A stretch of 64,000 nt of DNA from an uncultured bacterium (GTDB taxonomy: Bacteria > Babelota > Babeliae > Babelales > Babelaceae): assembly GCA_963713855.1 (NCBI GenBank), contig OY970209.1, positions 1,216,001-1,280,000 on the forward strand. Direction: 5' to 3'. The notes beneath the pieces are model-generated. The model did not search any database. It saw nothing but the letters and a program-made list of their open reading frames with translations, and was not told the DNA's origin. The translations under genes were made by a program, and so were the position numbers. This document shows positions 20,594 to 29,836 of the stretch, piece by piece. Within the stretch, counting starts at the first letter, position 1. Each line of letters begins with the position of its first letter.

Positions 20594-21388
20594 ATGGTAC
20601 AGTACTTAGGCCTCATGCAGTACGTATTAGATCATGGCATTGAGAAAGACGACCGCACAGGTACGGGCATCCGTTCTGTCTTTGGTTATCAAATGCGCTT
20701 TGATCTAAAAACACATTTTCCGCTCGTCACCACAAAAAAAGTACACCTTAAATCCATCATTCACGAACTTCTCTGGTTTTTAAAAGGCGATACAAATGTA
20801 CGCTATTTACAAGAAAACGGCGTCACTATCTGGAATGAATGGGCAGGCCCAAATGGAGAGCTCGGGCCTGTCTACGGTGCTCAATGGAGATGTTGGCAAA
20901 CATCTGGCCAAAAGACAATTGATCAAATAAGCTGGGTTATCAATGAAATAAAAAAGAACCCATCTTCAAGAAGACTTATCGTGAGCGCCTGGAACGTAGC
21001 ACAGCTTGATCAGATGGCTCTCGTACCTTGTCATGCATTTTTTCAATTTTATGTTGCAAATGGGATGCTTTCCTGTCAACTCTATCAACGCTCTGCAGAT
21101 ATTTTCCTCGGCGTTCCCTTTAATATCGCATCATACGCCCTTCTTACACTTATGGTTGCGCAAGTATGCAACCTAAAACCCGGAGAGCTTGTTCACACGA
21201 TAGGCGACGCACACCTTTACCTCAATCACTTAGACCAAGCTCGCCTACAACTTACGCGTTCACCACTACCTCCACCTATCATGAAAATCAATGCTGCAAA
21301 AACATCTATTTTTGATTTTACGTATGACGACTTTACGCTCTGCGATTATCAGTTCCATCCGGCCATTAAAGCACCGGTATCCGTATGA
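20594..21388 (+). CDS. thyA: Thymidylate synthase
   Basis: DRTGTG, ELLWFL, LGPVYG, PCH catalytic motif, [18 protein letters not shown]; 264 aa from ATG 20594. Confidence 0.98.
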   Translation: MVQYLGLMQYVLDHGIEKDDRTGTGIRSVFGYQMRFDLKTHFPLVTTKKVHLKSIIHELLWFLKGDTNVRYLQENGVTIWNEWAGPNGELGPVYGAQWRCWQTSGQKTIDQISWVINEIKKNPSSRRLIVSAWNVAQLDQMALVPCHAFFQFYVANGMLSCQLYQRSADIFLGVPFNIASYALLTLMVAQVCNLKPGELVHTIGDAHLYLNHLDQARLQLTRSPLPPPIMKINAAKTSIFDFTYDDFTLCDYQFHPAIKAPVSV

Positions 21389-21873
21389 TAATCTCAATCA
21401 TCGCAGCTATGGACGAAAACCGAGGCATAGGAATCCAAAATAAGCTGCCTTGGCACCTACCCGGAGATCTTAAAAGATTTAAAGAGCTCACTCTAGGGCA
21501 CCACATAATCTTAGGCAGAAAAACATTCGAGTCCATCGGAAAACCTCTGCCAGGAAGAACATCCATCATAGTCACACATCAAAAAGAATATACTTTGCCA
21601 GGTTGCCTAATCACCCATTCTCTAGAAGAAGCTCTTGAAATGGCCCGCTGTGCGGGCCAAAGCGAAGTGTTCATAGCGGGCGGAGCTCAGATATACGCTC
21701 AAGCACTGCCAATAGCACATAAGATCTATCTAACTGTTGTTCACTCAATTGTACAGGCAGATACCTTCTTTCCTCACATCGATGGTTCTTGGAAAGAAGT
21801 AGAATCATCGTTCTATAGAGCAGATGAGAAAAATAAGTATTCTTTCACCTATAAAATTTTTATTAAGGGATAA
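21385..21873 (+). CDS. folA: Dihydrofolate reductase
   Basis: [50 protein letters not shown] overlap with thyA. Confidence 0.98.
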   Translation: MIISIIAAMDENRGIGIQNKLPWHLPGDLKRFKELTLGHHIILGRKTFESIGKPLPGRTSIIVTHQKEYTLPGCLITHSLEEALEMARCAGQSEVFIAGGAQIYAQALPIAHKIYLTVVHSIVQADTFFPHIDGSWKEVESSFYRADEKNKYSFTYKIFIKG

Positions 21874-22200
21874 GAGAGCATCTTCATCAACCGAGATACC
21901 AACCCGGATAATATCATTCGTTACCGAGTAGAGACTGTCAAGTATTGCAAAACAGAAACTTGATCGAAATCGGAGCGTGTGGTTTTTCAATTATGCTTTG
22001 GTTAGAAATTTAGGAACGCTCCCTAGATAAAAATTATTCTATTTCTGTCTTCGTGCCTATGTAACGAGCTAAGTAAGAAGAAGAGTAGTTTTTGTCATGA
22101 GGCCGGAGGTACGTGGTTTGCCCGACAAACGCACCCACAACTTTAATAAGGGGCCACTGCATGGTATACAAGACTGCTTTGTGTCATTATGGAATTGACT

Positions 22201-24510
22201 TTACAGAGTGCTCGATGACTCTTCTCCGCTAAAATTAACACTGCCTGTAGAGCGATCTCCACGCAAGTACTTATACACCAAAAAACCAACTACGCTTGTT
22301 CCCGCCGCTAAAACAGCAAGACCGACAGGAACACCTATAGTGGTTCCTATAATAACGCCTAAAGGTAGATTGCTACCACCATCTCCTGTGCCTGTACTAC
22401 CGAGTATCGGAAATACTGAAACGTCATTTGATATAAGATTTGCTGTAGCAACGAAAGCACTTCCGTTATTTGCTGGCCAAAAAGCAAGTGCTATACAATC
22501 TGTAGAATTGTCAGGCAAAGAATAAGAAGAATTACCGTGACCTAACGTATTACTGGCAAGAGTAAAGATGGTAATACTATTTGATCCACTATTAGCAGTA
22601 GCAAGATAGGCCCCATTCGGTGAGATTGCCAATCCCTGAGGATTGAGATCCCCCTGCGGTAATGAGTACGAGATTGATCCACTGAATACCCCTGAGCTTA
22701 TAGTAAAGATCGTTATATCGTTTGAACCGCTATTACTCGTAGCAAGAAATAAATCACTATTCAAATTGGGTAAAAAGACGATTGACTGGGGTTGTTTCGA
22801 TCCAGCCGGCAATGGTTCAGATATGCCATTATTTAATACCCCACTTACTATTTGAAAAAGCGTTATGTCATTTGAGCCAGCATTGGCTGTCGCAAGATAA
22901 GTGCCATCTGACGTAAAAGCTACTGCTGTGGGATTTGAAGATGCGCCAGGTAATGCATAAGAAAGAGCCCCGACCAATGAGCCTCCAACAACGTTGAATA
23001 GTGTTACATCGTTTGAGCCTCTATTTGCTACTGCAAGATAAGCACCATTTGGCGAGAACTCTACCGAGGCTGGATTCGTCGAGTTTGCTGGTAATGCATA
23101 TGACTGAGGTCCTGTTAATTGTCCTGCCGTTACTTTAAAGAGCGTAATATCATTTACATTACTATTGGCTGTTGCTAGATACGCTGTATCAAATGAGAAG
23201 GCTACTGAAGATGGGTGTGACGAGTTTGATGGTAATGGGTATGATGTCCCCAAACTAAGCTTAATCAAAGTATTACTGTTATCCACGGTAAAAAGAGTAA
23301 CATCGCTGGATTTATAGTTTGCTGTAGCAAGATACAGTCCATTCGCTGAAAAAGCTACTGAATCTGGTTCAGCAGAGCCAGATGGTAATATATATGAAGT
23401 CCCTGTATTGGAAGATTGAGTGGAGCAGCTAAGCGTAAAAAGCGTCACATTAGCTGAACTATAATTAGCAATAGCACAATATGAACCATTTGGTGAAAAT
23501 GCAACGTCAACGGGTTGTGTGGAACCTGACGGTAATGCATAGGATATACCTCCACTCAGTACCCCTCCTGCCCCAACACTAAATACTGTCACATTAGCTG
23601 AACCCACATTAGTAGTAACAAGGTATTCGCCATTTGGTGAAAATTCTACTGAAGCGGGAGTTGTAGAACCTGACGGTAATGCATACGATATACCTCCACT
23701 GAGTACACCTCCTGCTCCAATGTTAAATACTGTCACATTGTTTGAAGTGTTATTAGCAGTAGCAAGGTATGCACCGTTCGGTGAAAATGCTACTTTTGAA
23801 ACGGGATTTATAGAGCCAGAGGGTAATGCATAGGATATGCCTCCACTGAGTACGCCTCCTGCTCCAACACTAAATACTGTCACATTGTTTGAGGTAGTAT
23901 TAGCAGTAGCAAGGTATGCACCATTTGGTGAAAACGCAACTGAAACGGGTTTAGAACCTAACGGTAATGCATAGGATATGCCTCCACTCAGTACCCCTCC
24001 TGCCCCAACACTAAATACTGTTACATTAGCTGAACTCGCATTAGCAGTAGCAAGGTATGCGCCATTTGGTGAAAATTCTACTGAATAGGGAGCTGTAGAA
24101 CCTGACGGTAACGCATAAGATATACCTCCACTGAGTGCGCCTCCATCCCCAACACTAAATACTGTCACATTATTTGAGGTAGTATTAGCAGAAGCAAGGT
24201 ATGCGCCGTTTGGTGAAAATGCTACTGAATAGGGAACTGTAGAACCTGACGGCAATGCATAGGATACGCCTCCGCTGAGTACGCCTCCTACCCCAACGTT
24301 AAATACTGTCACATTATTTGAATTTTCATTAGGACAAGCAAGGTATGCACCGTTCGGTGAAAATGTTATTGAAAAGGGATTTATAGAACCAGAAGGCAAT
24401 CCGTAAGTAATACCTGATAATGATGGACAAACAGCACGGATCACTGAACTTATAGAAACAAGCGCTAAAATTAAAAAAATAGATGCCGTAGAGTTACGAA
24501 TAAGAATCAT
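22201..24510 (-). CDS. Membrane-anchored double (7+7 blade) beta-propeller protein (paralog C)
   Basis: Signal peptide, 14 repeats of the same blade family, C-terminal TM helix (GVIIGTTIGVPVGLAVLAAG...) and short tail. Confidence 0.85.
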   Translation of the reverse strand: MILIRNSTASIFLILALVSISSVIRAVCPSLSGITYGLPSGSINPFSITFSPNGAYLACPNENSNNVTVFNVGVGGVLSGGVSYALPSGSTVPYSVAFSPNGAYLASANTTSNNVTVFSVGDGGALSGGISYALPSGSTAPYSVEFSPNGAYLATANASSANVTVFSVGAGGVLSGGISYALPLGSKPVSVAFSPNGAYLATANTTSNNVTVFSVGAGGVLSGGISYALPSGSINPVSKVAFSPNGAYLATANNTSNNVTVFNIGAGGVLSGGISYALPSGSTTPASVEFSPNGEYLVTTNVGSANVTVFSVGAGGVLSGGISYALPSGSTQPVDVAFSPNGSYCAIANYSSANVTLFTLSCSTQSSNTGTSYILPSGSAEPDSVAFSANGLYLATANYKSSDVTLFTVDNSNTLIKLSLGTSYPLPSNSSHPSSVAFSFDTAYLATANSNVNDITLFKVTAGQLTGPQSYALPANSTNPASVEFSPNGAYLAVANRGSNDVTLFNVVGGSLVGALSYALPGASSNPTAVAFTSDGTYLATANAGSNDITLFQIVSGVLNNGISEPLPAGSKQPQSIVFLPNLNSDLFLATSNSGSNDITIFTISSGVFSGSISYSLPQGDLNPQGLAISPNGAYLATANSGSNSITIFTLASNTLGHGNSSYSLPDNSTDCIALAFWPANNGSAFVATANLISNDVSVFPILGSTGTGDGGSNLPLGVIIGTTIGVPVGLAVLAAGTSVVGFLVYKYLRGDRSTGSVNFSGEESSSTL
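23430..24410 (-). repeat. Near-identical ~138-bp intragenic tandem repeats (7 copies)
   Basis: Repeated blocks such as AAATACTGTCACATT, GCAAGGTATGC and GGTAATGCATA at ~138-bp period. Confidence 0.9.
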
Positions 24511-24716
24511 AAGTATTCATCTCTAAATTAAAAAACGATCCCTGGTATTTTATTGTTTCAACATACCAATATTTCGGCCCTGTTGATTTCCAACGTATCA
24601 TAGCTTAAAAAACTACTCTTTCAAACTCTTTTTCAAAAGTAGTCTGCGAGAAAACAAGAACCTTCTCAACCGCTTGAGTCCTTTTATCCCGTAATGCTGA
24701 AATTACCGGCACAGCA

Positions 24717-25034
24717 ATGGTTGAAGCGACATTTCAGGGAAATTTCAAACGTGCAAAACTATTACTTGACCATAACGCCGATGTCAATCGAAAGAGCGCA
24801 ACAGGTATAACACCACTTTGGGCGTCAATAATCTTTATTCAACCCGAGATGACTGAACTTTTTTTGTCTCATGGAGCAACAATTACCCATGAAGATATAA
24901 AGAGGGCACATGAGATGGCACTTGATGGCAAAAATAAAAAATCAAAAGAGATCGTAGACATACTTGCTCGATATCCGAAAAATATCGCTGGCTCAGCAAC
25001 TTTCCCTTGGGCCAAACTAACATATTTGCCCTAG
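24717..25034 (+). pseudogene. Ankyrin-repeat fragment (short CDS or 5'-truncated remnant)
   Basis: KLLLDHNADVN...GITPLW...LFLSHGA; lacks the signal peptide of the other ankyrin genes. Confidence 0.55.
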
Positions 25035-25305
25035 GCCTTTTTATTATGTGGCTCGCGCAAAAATGTTTTGCTGCCATTACGCTGTTCTCTAGCCAGCCAA
25101 CAGCAACGGATCAGACACTAAAACATAGGCAATCTGGCTAACGTAAGACGCATTCGTTACTCATCCATCCTCATTATGCGCGCAGCGCACCACAAAAACC
25201 ACACCATCACCAGGACCCTCCACAAAACACCCTCGGTTCGCCAACAAGGTCGAAGAATCGCACCCCATCGGGGAAGATCAAAGACCGCGACAGCGCGAAC
25301 CGCAA

Positions 25306-25785
25306 TCAAGAAATATCCAAAGCAAGAACCGATAAAGATTTCAGAATATTAAAATCATAAAGCCTCTGGCGAAAATGATTAAACCAAGAAGCCTCCAACA
25401 AATCAGAACTACATTCAATCCAAAGAAAATCATAATAAAAAGCATTCAGTAAATAGTCATCAATAGACGAAGAAGAAAAGTCAGTACAAGAAAAAAGCTC
25501 AAAATAAAGAGGCGTAGCTAAAGTAGGTAAAGCAGAACTATCGAGAGCTAAAAACGCAACAGATGAAAACATCGGAAATACAGAAATTAACGATCCAATA
25601 AGCTCCCGAGAACGGCAAATATCAGACGTATACATCGTATGATACCCAGAAGTCAAAAAAATATTCTGAAGAGCAAGAATATCACAATCCGACAAAAACG
25701 AAGAATTTCTAGCTACATGGCGCATTATAAGCTCCCCACAAAGCATACAAACAGCACCATAAGCCAAAAAGAACTTAAAAAGCAA
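25306..25785 (-). CDS. Hypothetical protein downstream of ruvC
   Basis: 159-aa ORF co-oriented with ruvC; Phe/Leu/Ser-rich, consistent with the local T/G bias; start uncertain. Confidence 0.5.
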   Translation of the reverse strand: MLFKFFLAYGAVCMLCGELIMRHVARNSSFLSDCDILALQNIFLTSGYHTMYTSDICRSRELIGSLISVFPMFSSVAFLALDSSALPTLATPLYFELFSCTDFSSSSIDDYLLNAFYYDFLWIECSSDLLEASWFNHFRQRLYDFNILKSLSVLALDIS

Positions 25786-25796
25786 GAATAATAAAT

Positions 25797-26273
25797 TTAG
25801 GATATTCTAGTTTGCCATAAACCGCACAACGCAAGCGAAAGAGCATCACTTACATCCATAGGACCAGTCGCATTAAAACCAGGCAAAAGTCTAGAAACAA
25901 CCCAAGAAAGCTGCTGCTTATCCGCAGCACCATATCCCGTAAGGGCCAATTTAACCTCGCGCGGAGACAATTCATGAAGACGTAAATTATAACGATGAGA
26001 CAACAGATAAAGAATACCTCGAACGTAGCCCAATTTAACAAACGCTTGAGCATTTTTACCCAAAAAAGGAGTCTCCAAAGAAAGATCTGTCACAGAAAAT
26101 TGCTGAATTTTTGTCTCAAAAATTGAAAACAAAAAAGAAATTCTTTCAGGTACAGTCTGCTTAGAACTCATACGCACAGCACCGTAATCCAAAAGAACTA
26201 CCTTACCCAGCTTATTCTCAACAATACCAAACCCACACGTCACTAACCCCGGATCGATCCCTAAACACACCAT
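25797..26273 (-). CDS. ruvC: Crossover junction endodeoxyribonuclease RuvC
   Basis: LGIDPG, LETPF, LGYVRG, VKLALTGYGAADK, DVSDAL. Confidence 0.95.
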   Translation of the reverse strand: MVCLGIDPGLVTCGFGIVENKLGKVVLLDYGAVRMSSKQTVPERISFLFSIFETKIQQFSVTDLSLETPFLGKNAQAFVKLGYVRGILYLLSHRYNLRLHELSPREVKLALTGYGAADKQQLSWVVSRLLPGFNATGPMDVSDALSLALCGLWQTRIS

Positions 26274-26447
26274 AAAAAAACCCTCACCATAACGGCCACA
26301 GTTTAATAAAAAAAAGCCTCAAGGACAAGAAGAAAACAAATTGAGAACCATCTAACATCAGAAGCAAACTGGGTAAAATATTGCAAAATGACAATTACTT
26401 TTGATAAAGTAAGATGAAGGTATTGCATAAAAAGAAGGAAAGCTACT

Positions 26448-26681
26448 ATGAACCGTTATTCTATCTTGTGCATGTCCACACTCCTGTTAGTAAGCTACAG
26501 TGGTGCGGGCGCTAAAGAAGTAAAGCTAACAAAACAACAAGTTATAAACGCAAAATGCCAACAAGAGTGCAAACAAGGCGAAATATGCTGCGTCATACCA
26601 GAATACAATGATGATGATACTGATACGTTCGATACATACTGTGCTAAAACCTGCTACGTAGAGGATCCAGAAATCTCATAA
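26448..26681 (+). CDS. Small secreted six-cysteine peptide
   Basis: AAGGA RBS; signal peptide; mature pattern C-x3-C-x5-CC-x16-C-x3-C. Confidence 0.65.
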   Translation: MNRYSILCMSTLLLVSYSGAGAKEVKLTKQQVINAKCQQECKQGEICCVIPEYNDDDTDTFDTYCAKTCYVEDPEIS

Positions 26682-26687
26682 AAAGAG

Positions 26688-28055
26688 CTAATCTGGCTGC
26701 TCGCAATCTTCAAACAGCGTAAATTCACGCTGATAGTTCATATAAATAGTACCAGTTGGACCATTCCTGTGTTTGCCGAGTATAAGCTCCGCAAGCGCAG
26801 GATTTTCACTGTGGGGATTGTAAACACAATCTCTATAAAGAAACATAATAAGATCCGCGTCCTGCTCAATCGCACCAGACTCACGTAAATCAGACAATAA
26901 AGGCCGCTTGTCAACCCGAGAATCAACAGCACGTGACAATTGAGATAAAGCAATAATCGGAATATGAAGCTCTTTAGAAAGTGCCTTAAGTGAACGCGAA
27001 ATCTCAGACACTTCCTGGTGTCGATTCTCATGCTTTCTATAAGAATGAATAAGCTGTAAATAATCTATGACAAGAAACTGAAGACCATGCTCCTGACGAA
27101 GACGGCGCGCTTTAGCTCGTATGTCCATGATAGATTGCGAAGCCGTATCATCGATAAAAATCTTACGCTCAGCCAAATGAGCAGCAACATGAGTTATAGC
27201 TATCCATTGATCAGAATTAATCATAGCATTACGTATCGCATACTGCGAAACACGAGCTTCACCCGCCAAAAGACGAACAGTCAATTGCTCAGCAGACATC
27301 TCCAGCGAAAAAAAGCCAACACTATGCCCAGCACGTGCTGCATGATTAGCCAAAGAAAGCGCCAAAGCAGTCTTACCCATAGAAGGTCGCGCAGCAAGAA
27401 CAATCAAATCCCCATTCTGAAACCCAGCAACCATCTCATCAAGCTTACGATACCCAGACGAAATGCCAGTAATATCCTTCGCCGACGATTTAATGTCAGT
27501 CAAAGTCTTAAAAGTACGCTTAATCCAAATGTTAAGCTGCACAAAACTTGCACCCGACCTGCGAGCAGAAAGATTAAAAATTGACCGCTCCGCCTCGTCA
27601 AGCACAGCCTCAATCCCTTTATCATTTTGGGCATAGCAGTTAGTAATAATTGCGGTGGCCCCATGAATAAGCTCTCTCAAAATAGACTTTTCTTTGATAA
27701 GCTTTGCATGGTGCTCCAAAAGCCCCATCGCAGGAATATCTTCCTGCAAAGCAATGAGATAAGACATGCCACCGGTAGCCGGTAAGACTCCTTGTTTATC
27801 AAGCCTGTCCTGCAACGTAATAAGGTCCATACGTTTGCGCTCATGCGCCAATTCACCCATAGCTTGGTAAATAAGCCTATGGGCAGGCACATAAAAATCA
27901 TCACAATGCAAAATGCCGATTACCTCATGTAACCGCTCATCATTAAGTAAAAGAGCACCAAGAACCGCGCGTTCAGCCTCCTGATTAAAAGGCAACTGCC
28001 GGCCCAAAACTTTTTGAGAAAGAAGCGGCGCTTCTTCAATAGACTTGTTGTACAT
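26688..28055 (-). CDS. dnaB: Replicative DNA helicase
   Basis: EAERAVLG, LAARPSMGKT, FSLEM, IDYLQL, LSQLSR, DLRESGAIEQDAD, KHRNGPTG. Confidence 0.98.
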   Translation of the reverse strand: MYNKSIEEAPLLSQKVLGRQLPFNQEAERAVLGALLLNDERLHEVIGILHCDDFYVPAHRLIYQAMGELAHERKRMDLITLQDRLDKQGVLPATGGMSYLIALQEDIPAMGLLEHHAKLIKEKSILRELIHGATAIITNCYAQNDKGIEAVLDEAERSIFNLSARRSGASFVQLNIWIKRTFKTLTDIKSSAKDITGISSGYRKLDEMVAGFQNGDLIVLAARPSMGKTALALSLANHAARAGHSVGFFSLEMSAEQLTVRLLAGEARVSQYAIRNAMINSDQWIAITHVAAHLAERKIFIDDTASQSIMDIRAKARRLRQEHGLQFLVIDYLQLIHSYRKHENRHQEVSEISRSLKALSKELHIPIIALSQLSRAVDSRVDKRPLLSDLRESGAIEQDADLIMFLYRDCVYNPHSENPALAELILGKHRNGPTGTIYMNYQREFTLFEDCEQPD

Positions 28056-28069
28056 AAACCCTTAAAAAG

Positions 28070-28519
28070 TTAAGCTTGCTGCGCTACAACTTTAATTTTA
28101 ACAATAGGGCACAAACGCGAAGAAAGCTTGATGGTAATAGGATACACACCCACTCTCTTAATAGATTTATCTAATAAAACTTGATTCTTTGAAACGGATA
28201 TACCTTGAGCAGCAAGAAGGTCAACAATGTCGGTCGCCGAAATAGCAGCATAGAGCTTATCGTCGTCGTGCACCTTCTTCTTTATAGTAAGCGTAATAGA
28301 TTTAAGACGCTCTGCTAAAATAGAAGTCTTAGATTCAATAACTTCTTCACGCTTTTCTATCACGCGAGTACGACGAGCAAAACCCGCCTCATTGGCCGCC
28401 GTTACCTCCACCCCAAGCTGGCGAGGAATGAGAAAATTACGGCCAAAACCCTCAGATACATCAATAATTTCTCCAGATATCCCCACCTTTTCCACGTCTT
28501 TCAACAAAAATATTTTCAT
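28070..28519 (-). CDS. rplI: 50S ribosomal protein L9
   Basis: MKIFLLKDVEKVG...GFGRNFLIP; directly upstream of dnaB. Confidence 0.95.
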   Translation of the reverse strand: MKIFLLKDVEKVGISGEIIDVSEGFGRNFLIPRQLGVEVTAANEAGFARRTRVIEKREEVIESKTSILAERLKSITLTIKKKVHDDDKLYAAISATDIVDLLAAQGISVSKNQVLLDKSIKRVGVYPITIKLSSRLCPIVKIKVVAQQA

Positions 28520-28626
28520 GGCGATTCCCTCATCACAAGCACATGACAGCAATGCACTCGTAAGACCAAAAACAACAAAACTTTCTTTTAAGAATACTAG
28601 GTTTTAAAATTTAACCAAGAAAATCC

Positions 28627-28989
28627 TTACGCTCGAAAAGCGTAAGAAAGAGCCCCGTCAGAACGTAAAAAAATAACCAGAGAAAGCTCGCGCACTACTT
28701 CACCACCGTCAAGCAAAGAAATGGTTAAAAAAGTACGATCATTCTCCTTCTTTTCAACATGAATAATACCCTTAAAACCATCGAGGGACTCATGTTCGTG
28801 CTTACCTGTCGCCATAGTGCCGCAAAAAGCCAGACTATATGCAATAAGCTCATCCTCAAAAAATGCGTACCGCTGATCCCTGCAGTAAAGATGTAACCCT
28901 TCCACAAAAAATGATACTTGCTGGCTCAAATCAACCGCCAATGTACCCATCAAAAGAAACATTCCTAGAAGCATACTCAACAGATACAT
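28627..28989 (-). CDS. Hypothetical N-terminally anchored protein, probable member of the minor pilin cluster
   Basis: Hydrophobic N-terminus; 2 bp after the preceding pilin-like gene. Confidence 0.5.
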   Translation of the reverse strand: MYLLSMLLGMFLLMGTLAVDLSQQVSFFVEGLHLYCRDQRYAFFEDELIAYSLAFCGTMATGKHEHESLDGFKGIIHVEKKENDRTFLTISLLDGGEVVRELSLVIFLRSDGALSYAFRA

Positions 28990-28991
28990 GC

Positions 28992-29453
28992 TTATGCTCG
29001 TAAGCAGGGAAAAAAGACGGTCATATCCCTTCCATAAGCGTTAAAACGCATACGCATTCCGTGAACAAAAAAACCGTCACCAAAAAGCTCAAAAGTGCCA
29101 AAGACTTTTTTAATAAGAACCTTGGAGGTCAACTTTTTGCCGTCACGCACTCGAAAAATAAGCCTATCATCTTTAAACACCAACTTCTTTAAAACATGCC
29201 CCTCACGCCACTGTATCATAAGACCATCTTGAGAAAGTGCCCAAAAATGCCTATCAGAGTGCGCCTTTTTAAGCACGTTTCCAATAAATGATAGGCTGTG
29301 CATGACAGAAAGAAAGCTAAACGAAGAGTTAGTCATCGCATAAAAAGACGAGTTTGCGTAAACCCAAAAAGAACTCATATAATAAAGCATTAGCGCGCCC
29401 ACAAAAAGCGCACACAAAAACTCGAATAACACAAAACCCTTCTTCACCGGCAA
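28992..29453 (-). CDS. Prepilin-type (class III signal) minor pilin/pseudopilin
   Basis: KKG|FVLFE with Glu+5, then a hydrophobic helix. Confidence 0.7.
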   Translation of the reverse strand: MPVKKGFVLFEFLCALFVGALMLYYMSSFWVYANSSFYAMTNSSFSFLSVMHSLSFIGNVLKKAHSDRHFWALSQDGLMIQWREGHVLKKLVFKDDRLIFRVRDGKKLTSKVLIKKVFGTFELFGDGFFVHGMRMRFNAYGRDMTVFFPCLRA

Positions 29454-29800
29454 ATCCCCGTATAGATGGTAAAAGATTCACTCTTACCTTTGACCTCTAA
29501 CGCCACTCTAGAAAACCTTCCTAATTGTTTGTAAGGTCGAACAGTAATCTCAAAACCATTCTCAGTTAAAGTAGTAATGCCTTCAACCATAAAACGTCCC
29601 ATACATGAGCGCGCAGAAAGATACCCCAAAGCTCGCTCCTGAGCTTTACCCATCCTCTCAGTCATCGCCACAAAAAAAACTCCCCACGAACAAAAAGCTA
29701 CACTCAAAAGCATGAGCGCAAAGACTACCTCCACCATCATAAAGCCACACCTCGGCTGTTGACTTTGGCTTGAGAGCATTCTAAAATTAAAAATAGACAA
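29444..29800 (-). CDS. Prepilin-type (class III signal) minor pilin/pseudopilin
   Basis: RCG|FMMVE with Glu+5, then a hydrophobic helix. Confidence 0.7.
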   Translation of the reverse strand: MSIFNFRMLSSQSQQPRCGFMMVEVVFALMLLSVAFCSWGVFFVAMTERMGKAQERALGYLSARSCMGRFMVEGITTLTENGFEITVRPYKQLGRFSRVALEVKGKSESFTIYTGICR

Positions 29801-29836
29801 TAAGAAAACCTTTCAAAATGCTTGAAGGAGTGCTAC

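Noticed and set aside
21805..22200. Possible pseudogene between folA and propeller C
   Set aside because: Short open frames but no recognisable family motif.
17140..24410. Periodic repeats as a CRISPR array or diversity-generating retroelement
   Set aside because: Repeats are in-frame ~138-bp coding units without unique spacers; no cas or reverse transcriptase gene, and differences are not adenine-specific.
25234..25302. tRNA, SRP RNA or 6S RNA call
   Set aside because: No cloverleaf or SRP domain IV motif, and too short for 6S; kept only as an unassigned hairpin.
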